64,000 nucleotides of DNA, from NCBI GenBank assembly GCA_010909165.1, contig MU008164.1, forward strand, positions 1,178,001-1,242,000, given 5' to 3'. The translations under genes and the position numbers were made by a program. The notes beneath the pieces are model-generated. The model searched no databases. It worked only from the letters and a program-made list of their open reading frames with translations, and had not been told where the DNA came from. The DNA is from Anthoceros angustus. Lineage: Eukaryota > Plantae > Anthocerotophyta. Positions within the stretch are counted from its first letter, which is position 1; each line of letters starts with the position of its first letter. Positions 23,561-36,810 of this stretch are shown here, piece after piece.

Positions 23561-23809
23561 TTTTAAGTAATATATATATATATGAAAAGACTTTTAAACA
23601 AAAATACATATTATTAATAACACAAATATCTATTTTCAGCTTCTTCAAATGGGGCATATTTACAACAAGTGTTTTACAACGTCCTTTGTTGTAAATTTTG
23701 TATGCTGCACCTTGTTGTGCATTAGTGGGACACACGAGAAATGGAATGCTACTACCAAATGCAAGCGATTCTAAACCCCAAAATGAACACAGATCCTCAC
23801 ACAAATCCA

Positions 23810-24265
23810 CACATTCAACTCACACAAACTCACAACGGCCCACACAAACTCGCACAAACCCACACGGGCTCTCACATAATCAGGCGCTCACAGGCTCTCA
23901 CGCTCATAGGCTCGCCCGCTCACAGGCTCACAAGCTCTCGCGCTCACAAGCTCACAAGCTCTCGTGCTCACAGCCTCACAAGCTCTCGCGCTCACAGCTC
24001 TCGCTCACGCCTCACAAGCTCACAAGCTATCGCTCTCGCCTCACAAGCTCACAGGCTCTCGCTCTCACAGTGCTCATAGGCTCTCACGCTCATAGGCTCT
24101 CACAGTGCTCATAGGCTCTCCCTCTCACAAGCTCAAGGCTCAATTTTCAAGGCTCACAGGCTCACAGGCTCACAAGCTCTCACAGTGCTCATAGGCTCTC
24201 ACAGCTCACAGGCTCACAGCTCTCGCTCACAGGCTCGCACACACTCTTGCAGGCTCGCATAGAAA

Positions 24266-24301
<36 letters not shown>

Positions 24302-24420
24302 TAAACACACAAACATAGAAGCCATTCCCCACACACACACTCACACACACAAACATGGGGCCATTCCCCACACACACACTCACAAACATTGGGGCCATTC
24401 CCCAGACACACACAAAGGGA
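23810..24420. repeat. GCTCACA-type low-complexity tract followed by (CA)n
   Basis: Direct reading. Confidence 0.9.
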
Positions 24421-25899
24421 CATTCCCACAAAAAGCCGATGTCGATATCAATTTCTAAGAGTTTCTAAGGAGCAACTAAAAGAAAGCACCAAACTAGAAT
24501 TCCTCGCTCCTTGATCTCTTCAAATTGGACTTGTTGAAGCCTCATTTCCTTCCTCTTCATGCTCTTCACCCTTGATGACTTGAGCTCTTTGGCGTAGTCC
24601 GGACCTAGCTTCACAAGGCGTTGAGCTTCAAGTTCTGTCGTCGATTCGATGAGAGGCCATGAGATTGAAAAACTTTTCCTGCATTTAGAGAGGGATACCT
24701 CAACCTCTTCAAATTCTTCCACCTCTTCCACGAGATGGAGTGGTTCAACTTCAACAAGTACTTCATCAGGGCTTCGTTCCACACCGGTGCTGACCACACT
24801 TGGGGAGGTTAAGGCTTCCCCACCCGAGGGGGCGGAGGCCACACCCGATTCTGCAAGAATCGAATATGTTACCAAGAAGCCAGGTGTTACAACAAACAGA
24901 CTTGAAAGATCTTCTATAAGAACTACAGAGGAGAAAGATCCTCACTTAACCCGGGCTTCAATCTAGGCACCAAATTGTCCAAAACCAGTCATTATCATCC
25001 ACTTGCTTGCGCTCCAATGCCGATACGGCTCCTATGGCAAATCCAAAAAGCGAGTTAAAATAGGACAATCAAAACTTGCAAAGACATCAAATCAAAATCT
25101 TACCATCCAAATCATCATCTTTGTAACCAGCATCCTTGAGGTCCCGCCACAATTGTTTGGCACCTATTCTGGGGTTGGAGCCAAACGCTCCGGATGAGGA
25201 AGATTGGCGGCCGTCAATATGTTTCAAGTTTTATTATCCAATTTCCGGCCTTCTTGCCACCTCTCTCTTGCTCCGTGGGGCGTCTACCAAAAGAGTTGGT
25301 AAAACCGATTTGTAAACTTCACAAACCCACCATTACCAAAGTGGGCATACGGTGGGCATCCGAGTTCAACTTCCTCAACATTGCTATGCGTTTTGTGCGA
25401 GACATCTCCATCCCGGCCTTGGCTTTTTCATTCTCCACAATGCGATCCCACTGGTCAGCCGAGATATCACGAGGCTTATACTTAGGTGGATGATTACCCT
25501 CAAGAAATTGTCTTGCGCATCTTGCAAGATTGTTCTTCCAATTGCGCAACATGGTGTTGAACATTTGGTCACACACATGAGCCATGCTCCAAATCCCACC
25601 AACATCTCTTGAATGGCTGCCTCCACAATTGCTTGTGTCTCTAGTTTCTCTCCCGGTTGCCAATCAATGGATCCATGAAGTGCCGCATTACCCACCTCAA
25701 CCGAAATTGGAGCACTTCATAACATGAATCTTCTTTAATCCAACGACACATGAGAAGGAAAACATCGAATATGCTTGTACATGCGTGCGAGCATGTGGCT
25801 GTAAGTGGCATGTATAGGCCACATGCTTGTCTGAGCACATGCATGTGGCTGTAAGTGGCATGTACATCCTTGTACAGGTTAGCCAAGCAGGCCACACAC

Positions 25900-26330
25900 C
25901 TGCATGTTTAGCTTGACAGACCAAACGAGAAACACACCTACCTGTTTAGGCTTGAGAGACCAAAGGAGAAACATGGGCAGTCAAGGCCACACACCTGCCA
26001 GTTTAGGCTTGCGAGACCAAAAGAGAAACATGGGCAGTCAAGGCGACACACCTGCCAATTTAGACTTGAGAGACCAAAAAAGAAACACGGGCAGTCAAGG
26101 CCGCACACCTCCCTGTTTAGGCTTGAGAGACCAAAAAGAAACATCGGATCAAGGCCACACACTGCATGTTTAGGCTTGAGACCAAAAAGAAACATCGGAT
26201 CAAGGCCACACACTTGTGGCTTTAGGCTTGAGACCAAAAGAGAAACATCGGCGATCAAGGCCACACACTGCATGTTTAGCTTGAGAGACCAAAAGAGAAA
26301 CATTGGGCGTCAAGGCCACACACCTACCTG
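25900..26330. repeat. ~50-58-bp tandem repeat (ggcttgagagaccaaaa...caaggccacacacctg), about 8 units
   Basis: Direct reading. Confidence 0.85.
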
Positions 26331-26859
26331 GACAAGCTTATGAAAGTAAAAGCAAGGAGTCAGTTTCAACTAAAACCAGTAAACACCTGATTCTAGATGA
26401 ATGTCCGACTGTGGAATGACGTGCGTGCATTTGGGCAGTCTCCCTTTAATTCGATTTCTCCTTGGCAATTGCGGCGGATCTCCGTCCTGCCATCTCCCCT
26501 CCTCCACAGCTGGATTTTCCACTTCTTCTGGCTGCTCCATCACTGGCTGCACTTCTTCAAACTGCTGAGAACCAACATTGACGGAAGGGTTAGGAGTAGG
26601 AGTGGCTGGAGGTGGCATGGGAGTACGGACAGCTGCTGGATTGAAGGTCTGGGTAAGTTTTGAGCTAGCAGTGTCACGGACAAGGGAGGAAGCAAGTTTG
26701 GCTGCCTTCTTCGCAGCTATCATCTTTCTCAAAAGGTCCTGCGTGTGCACATAAGTCACTGCTGGTGGCCCTTGTTCTCTCATCCGCGAAGACCTAAGAG
26801 GAGGTGGTGGCGACTTGAGACAGTCAGTTGGCTGCTTCTCCACAGAAGCGACAGCACCA

Positions 26860-27060
26860 GGAGGAGGCTGCTCCTCCTCCACGGCATCGGGAGGAGGCTG
26901 CTCCTCCTCCACGGCATCGGGAGGAGGCTGCTCCTCCTCCACGGCATCGGGAGGAGGCTGCTCCTCCTCCACGGCATCGGGAGGAGGCTGCTCCTCCTCC
27001 ACGGCATCGGGAGGAGGCTGCTTGTTCTCCACCGCATCGGGAGGAGGCGCTTGTTCTCTC
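26860..27060 (-). repeat. 30-bp coding repeat, PPPDAVEEEQ x ~7
   Basis: Seen in ORF 26370..27197 and in the DNA. Confidence 0.9.
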
Positions 27061-28049
27061 ATCACACACAAGTGAGAAAAGAAAAGCCATCGTTTAGAGC
27101 TCATTATCATCACCGACCCTAGAGCTTGAACTAGTTGAAGGCGGTGATTCAAACTGGGTGCGATGGTCGCGCTTCGGACAAAGCCGTTGATGCACAACTC
27201 ACATTTCGAGGGGTGACGGCATCGAGGCGGCCTCCTCCTTTGAGACGCCCTCCCGCTTCTTTGCCTTCACGGTGGCCCATTTTTTACGCACGCTAGGCTT
27301 GTCGACAAGCGGAAGCAGCTCCTTGGCTTGCGCTGTCTACTAAACCCAACCACCGAGCCGTTAGAGGCGGATCCTTCCACCACGGCATCCACTGCGTCCC
27401 CACCACTAATGTTGTGGCCAAAGTCTTGTTTCCTTATCGCGTTACGCATGACATTGCAAACCCAACCGTGACTTGCACGTGTAGTGCGCACCATCTACAT
27501 TGCAAGGTGGTTGGGGTTAGTAGAAAGGCGCTTAGCAACCTTTGCCCATGAAAGTGCGTGCCTAAAAAGCACCAAGCATAAGAGATTGGGGATGCACACA
27601 AACCTTCTTGATCCAAGGAATTCAATTTCGTAAGCCCTAATTGTGTTGTAGGTCGGTCGTGCGGTCACTAACTAAACACGAGCTTGTGTGTAGTCACTAA
27701 CTAAACACCATGTGCCGTTGTTAGAGCTTGTGTGCGAGCAATACACAACGTGTCTGATGCCGCGACCAAGATCTCGGCGTGAGAGAGGGAGGCGACTCAA
27801 CATGTGACGCCGCTAAGCAAAGTCGCAATCTCTCTCTCAAGCAATCCTTGGAAGCTGCCTGCAAAGCCAAGTCGACAATCTTAAGCAAACAAGGTGCGGG
27901 CCTTGTGTCTGGATGGACGTCAAATTCCCTCGTGCTTCTTCTTCCGCTTTACAAAGCCTTCCCGCACTTCTCATGGCCTTCCGCTTCTAAAATGTGCGAG
28001 GCATGGTTGGCTTCCGCTTCTCTCAAACACATAGACTCTCATCACACAC

Positions 28050-28345
28050 CCGATGGCGGGCCGCATGGCCCTCAATTACACTAGCTACACAAGCTCCCCA
28101 CTCGTCACACATCCCGATGGCAAGCCCGGCTCTCACACCCGATGGCGGGCCGCATGGCCCTCAATTACACTAGCTACACAAGCTCCCCACCTCACACACC
28201 CGATGGCGGGCCGCATGGCCTCAATTACACTAGCTACACAAGCTCCCCCACCTCACACACCCCGATGGCAAGCCGCATGGCCCTCAATTACACTAGCTGC
28301 ACAAGCTCCCCCACGTCACACACCCCGATGGCAAGCCCGGTTCTC
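28050..28345. repeat. ~62-bp tandem repeat x 4-5
   Basis: cccgatggcgggccgcatggccctcaattacactagctacacaagctcccc units. Confidence 0.85.
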
Positions 28346-31300
28346 ACACACCCCGAGGGCAATCGACATGCACAGGCTCTCAACACATACGTCTCAGTAT
28401 GTAAAGATCTACTTATACAAACATGAACCCGCCTTTATATCAGTATTTGTGTGCAAGCATGTTCCCACCTTGGACAAGATCTTGCATGCATTGCACCCGC
28501 CTCACCTGCCTTGTGCACCTGCGTCACCTACCTCGTGCACATGCAGGTGCTGGTGAGTTTGTGTGAGACGACTCTGGAAACTACTATTTGCAACGCGCTC
28601 CGTTGTTAAGTCGGAACGATTACCATTTACAACACACTCCGTTGTAAAATTAGAAACTATTACTATTTACAACGCTCCGTTGTTAAGTCGGAAGCGATTA
28701 CCATTTACAACACACTCCGTTGTAAAATTAGAAACTATTCCTATTTACAACGTTGAGTTCACTTTTACGTTCTAAAATCTCTAGTAGGCAAAAGTGGTAC
28801 ACATATGGAACGCACAAAAGGAAACTAAGAGACCCTCTCTTCTCATGGCCTTCCGCACTTCTCATGGCCTTCCGCTTCTCAAGAAAGGTCGGCCACGGGC
28901 GCTTAGGATCCATGTCATGCGCAAACCGATCCCCTACATTCTTGTGTACATACGTATCTACAGTTCACCTTAGTTCATGGTAGGCAAAGAAAGATGCTCA
29001 CCTCACGCTGGTGCCCAAGGTGGATCGAAATGGCTATGGAAATTTGTGCATGTTCACTGAGGGGGTGGTGCTTTTTTCTGAACATATGGTTGGAAAGAGG
29101 AGGTCATCACGGTAATTGTGGTGTTGAGAACATTGCGGTCAGATTTTCTTGTAATTAGAAATTCATAATAACAGAAAAAACGCCAAAAATGGGGCAAAAA
29201 GGCAGCCGGCCTTCTGGGGTTAAGCATGCTCGGCTCCACGGCCTGCAGCCTGCTGTGCAAAAGTTCTCGGCTTCTTCCGTGGCGAACACTTCCAGGGCTT
29301 AGTTGAGAAAACTAGATTGCTAACTAGCCGGTGGAGTGGAGCCAGTGGCCGGGCGCGTAACGACGAATCCCGCACGCCCCTCGAGAACCAAGTAATAAAC
29401 TTCGGGTGAGGTTTAGGCGCTGGGCCTGTCTGGTACACATACTCCGTGATGCTCTGGCACGTATTCACATCCCATCGTAACAATCCCTTCATAATCACCG
29501 CCGCAATGTGCGACTTTATGTACTTGTTCCAACTCGGACAACTCAATTTGGAGCGGGTAGACATTTCTACCATGGGACAATGCACATCAGCCATGTCATT
29601 GACCACCGTTGCAAACTCAAACACTTTTATCCTCCTTGATACTCCAGGTGGCAAATAGCTCGTCATCCCGATCAAACTCAATCGGACACAATATTGGAGG
29701 AGTGGAAGAGGTCCCCATGCCGCAACTCGCAATTACCCGGCGGTAATGTGGTGAAAGCATATGAGTGATGAGGTTTTGATGGTGACCCATGCAAGCCTAC
29801 AAATAAAGCTTTAATGCTTCTTTCCTTTTGAGGGAAACCATTGGCATGAAAATGGCATGATATGACAACGGAGTGCTTGAGCACGAGGCTGCTTAGCGTA
29901 GTGTGCTCCTCGGAGATATTTTGATGGCGGATAGAGGGATTGTATGGAGCGTAGCTATGTTGTCCCTTAGGTGCTTTCAAGGCTATTGCTTGGGACTCGT
30001 GCCCCTTTAATGTGTAAAAGATCCGGTGGGAATGAATAGAATAAGGGCTAATGGGGCAATGCTTCCTCGGCCATCCACTTGAGCCCGAGTCTTAAAACCT
30101 CGATTCGCCCCTCCTTAAACGGTGCTAAAGAATTTAAGTCTTCTTGGCACTCATCATCATGCCGATTGTTGATGTTGCCGATCGAAGCGGCTAGGCGGTA
30201 CCTAATGAGAGTTCAATCCTCGATCGCACACCGTAACGCATTTCGAGGTTCCGCATTAACACCGCCCACACCCACTCATCGCATAATCGCCGGAGTTGAA
30301 AGACCCACATATGGTTTCTTTGACGCCATGGAGTTTGAGAGTAAGGGGCTCCTTGGGGCTGTCACTTTGTTCCTGTTTCCAGTAGCGAACTCGTGCATAC
30401 ACTATAGTTCTATAGCTGATCCGTTCCCAAGTGCGACGGTTATGCGACTCAAAGTGAGTACACTTGAGCTGATTGTGTTGTCCGACCGATTGTGAACTCG
30501 GTTGTAAACTCCGATTGTGTTAAGCGACCCGGCCGTCAAGTGCGTTTTGAGTAGCGATGGCGGACAACTGGCGGCCGAGAACCATCCGGAGGTGATGGCG
30601 GACAACTGGCGGCCGAGAACCATCCGGAGGTGATGGCGGACAACTGGCGGCCGGCCGAGGACCTTCCGAGGTGGATCCCAGTCGGAGGAGATGCGTGATG
30701 AAGAGGAGGTGATGCACATGAATTGTGCAAACTTTGACCCTTGTGACAAGGGTTGTGTAACATTGCGTCCGCTTCCTAGCCTTCCTCGGAGAAAGAGAAG
30801 GGTCCCACCCTTCCGGATGGAACTCGTCCTTGTTTTTGGTCACATGCTTCCACGCTGCACGCCTTGCGTGTGCTATCATCACAGTTGGTACTACTCTCGA
30901 TCCGGGGTCTCCAAGGGCTTACTTTTGTGAAGAAAGCGGAACTGGATGACTCGACTTGACCGGGAGAAATCTGAGATCTTGTGCCCAACCTAATCATCTC
31001 CTTCTATCGTAAGTGTAAAAGTCGTGAGTGATCTTTCTTTGCATGATAAATGCTAACAAGGTAGATTTTTGTTTGGGGCTCAAGGTTTTAATCGGCATCA
31101 CGAATGGAGCACGAGCCACCTTACGCTTTTGTGAAGACTATGCTCCTGATAAGGACCAGGAGCCGGATCTGAGTGATAATGAACTCATCACAAATGTGGT
31201 TTCGTAGTCTACCCAAGTCATGCGAGGTTGGCAAAGACGATCGCCTATCGGTGATGTAAAAGTCGAGCTTTTGATATAAAGTTGCTCACACATTTCACAA

Positions 31301-32310
31301 TCTTGAGTCCCACGCAAATAAGGAAAGGCTTGCGCCCTTAAGTAAGCTAAGGCTATATCAATAGCATACTACGGTGCTTTACAGATGCTTTGCAATTGCC
31401 CAAAGCTGTAACGCTAGCTAGCGCTTTGGACCGATTGCACTTGTAAGAGGCCAAGCCGCCTTCCATTGTGCGTGAGGGCCTTCCATCGTGCGTGGCGAGG
31501 GCCTTCCATTGTGCGTGAGGGCCTTCTCATAGCAAGGGTCGGCACCATCCGCGCGATGCTAGATAGCTACAAGTCCGCTGCGGTCGGTGCTCTTTGCAAA
31601 GCGTTTTGAGTATTGTCGAGTTGCATGCAATTGCTCATGATTAGAATTGGCTGCTGAGTGCGTTGCAAATGTTGCTGCGAGTGCGTTGATAAGAGAGCGG
31701 TGATAAGAGAGCGTTGCAACCGATTTGCAACGCCTCGTGTTGTAAAGCGCTTTGGATTGACCGCCTAATAAGCACCGACTGTAAGAGGCCTTTCTCTTGT
31801 CCCAGCTACTAACCATCCACTACATAGCTAGAAGGGCCTTCCATCGTGCGTGGCGAGGGCCTTCTAGTAGCAAGGGTCAATAAAAAAGCCTGGTGCACAC
31901 TTAAAACTGACCATCCGGATGCTAGATAGCTACAAGTCCGTTGCAGTAGGTATGTGCTCTTTGTAAAGCGTTTTCAGAGTATCGCGTTATCGAAGTTGCA
32001 TGGAATTGCTCTAGATTAGAATTGGCTCTGATTTATGCCCGGATTTCTGCTCGATACGGAGGTTGGAGCGAGGGGCCAGCGAAGCACTTCATACTGAAAG
32101 GTAGCCTCTGCACTTTCCAACGTGCTCAGTGAAGGCAGGGCAAGTGTTGTCGAGCTTAAGCTAACCCACGATCATTGTTGAGGGTAGGTCCTTATGGATC
32201 GCGTTCGTAGATTTAAGCGCCCAAATATCCAATATATTTTTCAAAAATGTTGGTGCAAAGAGTGCAAGGCGAGTTCGTGAGCTAACCAAATCGTAAACAT
32301 TTGCGCAAGA

Positions 32311-33476
32311 ATGGACCTTACCTCCCACAATGAAGTCCCGGTGGAGAACCGCAAGGAGATGAAGAACGAGGAGAAGGAGGACGAGGAGGAGAAGAACAAC
32401 GAGGAGGAGAAGGAGGACGAGGAGGAGAAGGAGGAGGAGGAGGAGAGGAGAAGGAGGAGGAGGAGAAGAAATAGCGAACAAGGAGAACCACCCGTAGCCA
32501 CAACCGTGAGTTGCAATCCTTTTCTTCTATGCTAGGAAATAAACTAATGAAGTAATTATGGAGCCCTTTTCTTCTATGCTAGAAAATACAATAATAAAGC
32601 AATTATATAATATTATCTATAGAATAATTACGATGTGGCATACTAATTGTGGTAAGTATGTTTGTCTTGTTATATTAAAGGTAGTTTAATTATTCATATG
32701 TGTAATTATGGTTGTTTTTTTATAGTTGGAAGGAGTTTATTTTGTTTGCATGTTATAACAAGTACGAGCGTAGGAGTGGACACATGGCTTTGCGGTGTAG
32801 GAAAACCTTTGGATGGAAAGGACGGGACCGGACCCTTTATTGCACCTCCTTATCATCCAAAAGAGGGGAAGATCCAAAGTCTCATGATGCTATTGTTTTA
32901 TACAAGCATCTTTTGAAAGGCGTGTACCCTAGAGAATGGGGAATGTGGGAGAAGGGACCTATTCCTATTAACAAGTCATTTCTATATTGGGGCGAAGGTG
33001 GATAGTGAAGGAGGCAACAAACCCACCATGGGGTTGGGTTTATTTTCCATGGAGAAAATCGTAGTGAGAAAAGATAATGTGAATGGAGTTCCTTTGTTTG
33101 TGTTTGGGGTCCAAAGTATACAGGAGAATATAACAAGATAGTGAACTACAACAGTTACAGTTTCCAAGTATGCATTGACTTTCAATAGACTCCGTAAAGA
33201 TGTTAATGATGGCCCAATTGAGTACCTCGATGGGCATGTTGCATATGGGAATGTGGCGGGATATATGAATAGTAGTAGTGGAAATATCGCAATCAAGCAA
33301 AATTGCATTTGGGAAGAAAGGTCGGATGGGCATGAGCTACTAAGTGACGACCATCTTGATTGGATTTGCACTTGGGCGGTGAGGACCATTAATGCTGGGA
33401 AGAGTTGTTTGTTGATTACAATTGGTATAACCCGAACCATTTGAAGCCAAAAGGAAGGCCGTGCGGGAAGAGTACA
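32311..33476 (+). pseudogene. SET-domain protein (putative lysine methyltransferase) inside the CACTA element, frameshifted
   Basis: Across three 1-nt-type frameshifts: MGLGLFSMEKI (33028-), YLDGHVAYGNVAGYMNSS (~33223-33276), AVRTINAG(E)ELFVDY (33376-33419). These match the SET motifs GxGLFA, GNxARFINHS and AxRDIxxGEELxxDY. A Glu-rich putative first exon lies at 32311-32505. Confidence 0.68.
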
Positions 33477-33789
33477 TAGACACATTAAATTACGCAGATG
33501 GAGTGGAAGAAATTGAAGGCAAAGTTGATGCACGAGGATGTGGAATAGTTTTTGTTGTAGGATGTAGAAGAGTTGATGTTGAGGGTCTTGTACCTTGTGT
33601 ATATTGACTATATCGCAACAAAACAATTAGTATATCTTGTCGACTTGACTTCTTAACCTTTTAGTTTTGCATGTTGTTCAATATTTCCTTAATAATAGTG
33701 GTTATACTAAAGTTATTAAATTATAATATAATTTTTCTATATAGTACTACAATATTTTATATACTTATTTGATATTTATTTTGTGCGTG

Positions 33790-36700
33790 TGATTGAATAA
33801 TCGATTGAAGAGGAACAAGATTTTATTGAGGTTGATGATCATTTTGAGGTTGATGAAGAACATGTCAACATTCATCCCGACGAACAAGTGACCATAGAGT
33901 TGGTGGAGGCACTTGGTGGGGTTTCGCATCGCGAAATGACTAAAGAACAGTCGATTCCTTGCACGAGGAATTAAAGGCGATGCACACCGCAACTACGCCT
34001 CTATGGGTTGGAGCCGAGATAAGTTTATTGGCATTCATTTTATTGTTATTGAACATCCAAAGGAGGCATGGCTGGTCGGATGCATCTTTGAATTCAATTT
34101 TATCATTACTAGGCAAATTAGGCCTCCCGATTGGCAACAAGTTGCCAAAAGTAGGGCTGAAATTAAAAAGATGCTTAAGGGTTTGGCCTAACATATACAT
34201 CCATACATGCTTGTCAAGATGATTGTATGTTGTTCAGCGAGTTTTCAATTGCTATTCGCAAGATGTGTGGAAACATAGGTATCGAATTGACACGAAGAAC
34301 GAGCGTGTACCGTTAAGCTACTTGATATTTTCCATTGATTCCTAGATTGAAACAAAATGTTTAGATGTCCGGAGCTAGCAAGTATGATGTCATGGCACGC
34401 CACAAATAAGTCTAATGATGGGATTATGCGGGTCCCATCGATAGCTATTCATGAAGGTTAACTTTTAGTCATGCTATTTGGTGGTTGCGATATTGTTGTG
34501 GACGATGCATGATTATCCAAGATATATATTTTCAACCACTCATCGAAGAGTTGAAGGTACTGTGGGAGGAAGGTGTGGTCGTACAAGATGCTTCTATGGC
34601 TATTGGAAATGCTCAAAGACAATTTAAATTGAAGGCCTTATTGTTGTGGACGATGCATGATTATCCAGGATATTCTTTCACTTCTAAAATGCAAACAAAA
34701 GGGAAGCGGGCATGTCCGATATGTTGGGACAAATTAGAAGCAAGAAAGTCAATGTTCACAAACAAAATGACGTATGATAAGAATTTTAGAAAAATTTTAC
34801 CAGAGGAACACAAGTTTAGAGTGGAAGAGCGGGATTCATTCAATGGAAAGGCTGAGATGGAAATTATTCATCCAGACTATGCACCAACTCCGGAGGATAT
34901 TATGATCGAAAGCTTTAACCGGAAATATGCAAAAGACAATGGTGAAGACAGGCCCTGGGGTGTTACTAGCGACGAGCCTTCAATTTTCTGGGAGCTTCCA
35001 TGCTGGGAGGTATGTATGCATGCATATGGGGTCTTGCAAGTATTACCTTTTCAAGAATATTTTAATTATATTATTGGTAGCATCGGTAGGTAGACTAATA
35101 GCTATTCATGAAGGTTAACTTTTAGTCATGCTATTTGGTGGTTGCGAGATATTGTTGATCGACACTTATTTGATATCATGCACATTGGAAAGAATGTAAG
35201 TCAATGATTTTGGCACACATATGTGGGAATCAAGATTCCCTTGGTAGTCGAGAGATCTTGAGTATTCAAATACCAAACAAGATTGGTGGCCCCATGCGAG
35301 GCCATCGCTGTTGGAAGGAGACAAAGAGGCCAAAACATTGTAAATGGGGTGCAAGGTAGCAAAAACTGGCGAACCTGTGGGACGGACATTTATAACGACA
35401 CCACAGGTTCTTGGACATGGCAGCAAAAGAGGCGAATGTATGCTAATGCAGAGGAAAAATTGAGAACAAGGATTTGCAGCATACGTACTCCTGGTATGGG
35501 TCAAATTGAAGCGTTGTTTTCTAAAGGGAGAGAAGAGGGAATTTGTGGTTAAAGTCTCATGATCATCACCATCATTAACGGATTTGTGGCCAATTGTCTT
35601 GAAAGGATTAATACATCATGATGTTCACAAGGCTATATGTGATCTTGCCGAGCTATTCGTGGCTTTGTTCAAAAGAAATTGCGAAGGATGAAATTCCAGC
35701 TATGAAGGTGAAAAGTGTGGAGATCATGTGTGTGTTGGAGAGGAATTTCCAACGACTTTTCCGACAAGTCAAGTACATGTTGTTGTTCATCTTGTGCGGG
35801 AGGTTGAATTATGTGGACCAACTCGATATCGATGGATGTATTTCTTAGAAAGGCACATGAAAGTGTTAAAGGGACTTGTTCGACAGAAAGCCCGACCAGA
35901 AGGTAGCATGGCTTTAGGATACTTAGCACAAGAGATAATGTTTTATAGCTCAGAGTTCTTTGGAAATACACATGAAGAGGCACCAAGAGTGTGGAAATCA
36001 GAAGATGATGTCACCCAATGTGGGGTGTTATTGCAAGGGAATGGCAAAAATTATGACCTGAATGATGTGGAAATGCAAGATGAGGAAAGTGTTAGTGGAA
36101 AACTCAGCTGTACTCAAAAATGGCGAAAAGTGTATGACGGTATAGACGACGAGCAACGTCCTTTTGCGAATGGTTGATAGATGAAGTTATAGTAGCGAAG
36201 AAAGAAATGCGACAAACCTATGGGTTGGATGTGACGCAATTGTGCGAGGACCTCCTCAGCGATCATATAAAATGATGTGGGCATATGGAAATCATATAAG
36301 GACTATAGATGCGAGATAGGGAAAGAATACATGTGATAGCATTATAAAACATCTATATAGCCAAGCATGTGTTTCACATCGCGGGACACCGAACCTATTA
36401 TAGCGATTTTCCCTATCTTTGGAAAGGTGGAAAAGATTTTGGAGGTGGACTTAGGGCCGTCTAAAAAGTAAATGTGTTGAAGGTGAGATGGTTCAAGGCT
36501 CAATGGAACAAAGAGCACACACCATCAAAACAGATACATCTCGTATGTTCATGGTTAACGATGTCATGTTATCCAATGATAAGTTGGAGGATGAGCCATT
36601 TGTACTAGTATCGGAGAAAGTGGAGCAAGTCTTTTGTATGAGAATTCTAAAATGCATGGAAAATTGTGGTGGGTACAAGCGCGTGGAAGACGATAGTACA

Positions 36701-36810
36701 AGGTGAGGCTCAAGACGAGGATAACATGAGTCAAGATGATGAGGATGCGGATATCATAGGTGAGGATGATGAAGACAATGATAGCGTGAGCGATAATGAC
36801 CAATGAGTTA
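33790..36810 (+). pseudogene. CACTA TnpD transposase (Transposase_21 + DUF4218 + DUF4216), frameshifted
   Basis: PLWVGAEISLL...WSDASLNSILSLL..LP..NKLP, IHAC..DCMLF, DIYFQPLIEELKVLWEEGV, LLWTMHDYPGY..KGKRACPIC, LFDIMHIGKNV, KSHD, QVHVVVHLVREVELCGPTRYRWMYFLERHMKVLKGLVRQKARPEGSMA, FGKVEKILEVD, DEPFVLVSEKVEQVF. Confidence 0.93.

Larger units (their letters stand above)
24465..27620 (-). pseudogene. CACTA second ORF (TnpA/Transposase_24-like), fragmented, probably multi-exon
   Basis: Minus-strand ORF pieces, e.g. MLRNWKNNLARCAR...SADQWDRIVENEKAKAGMEMSRTKRIAMLRKLNSDAH, then a frameshift to GFTNSFGRRPTEQE. Also a Pro/Glu-rich segment. Resembles CACTA ORF2 W...S..N..NR...H..G architecture; family call is inference. 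Confidence 0.45.

Noticed and set aside
22018-23694. Multiple 90-213 aa repeat ORFs
   Set aside because: Translation artefacts of the subterminal tandem array.
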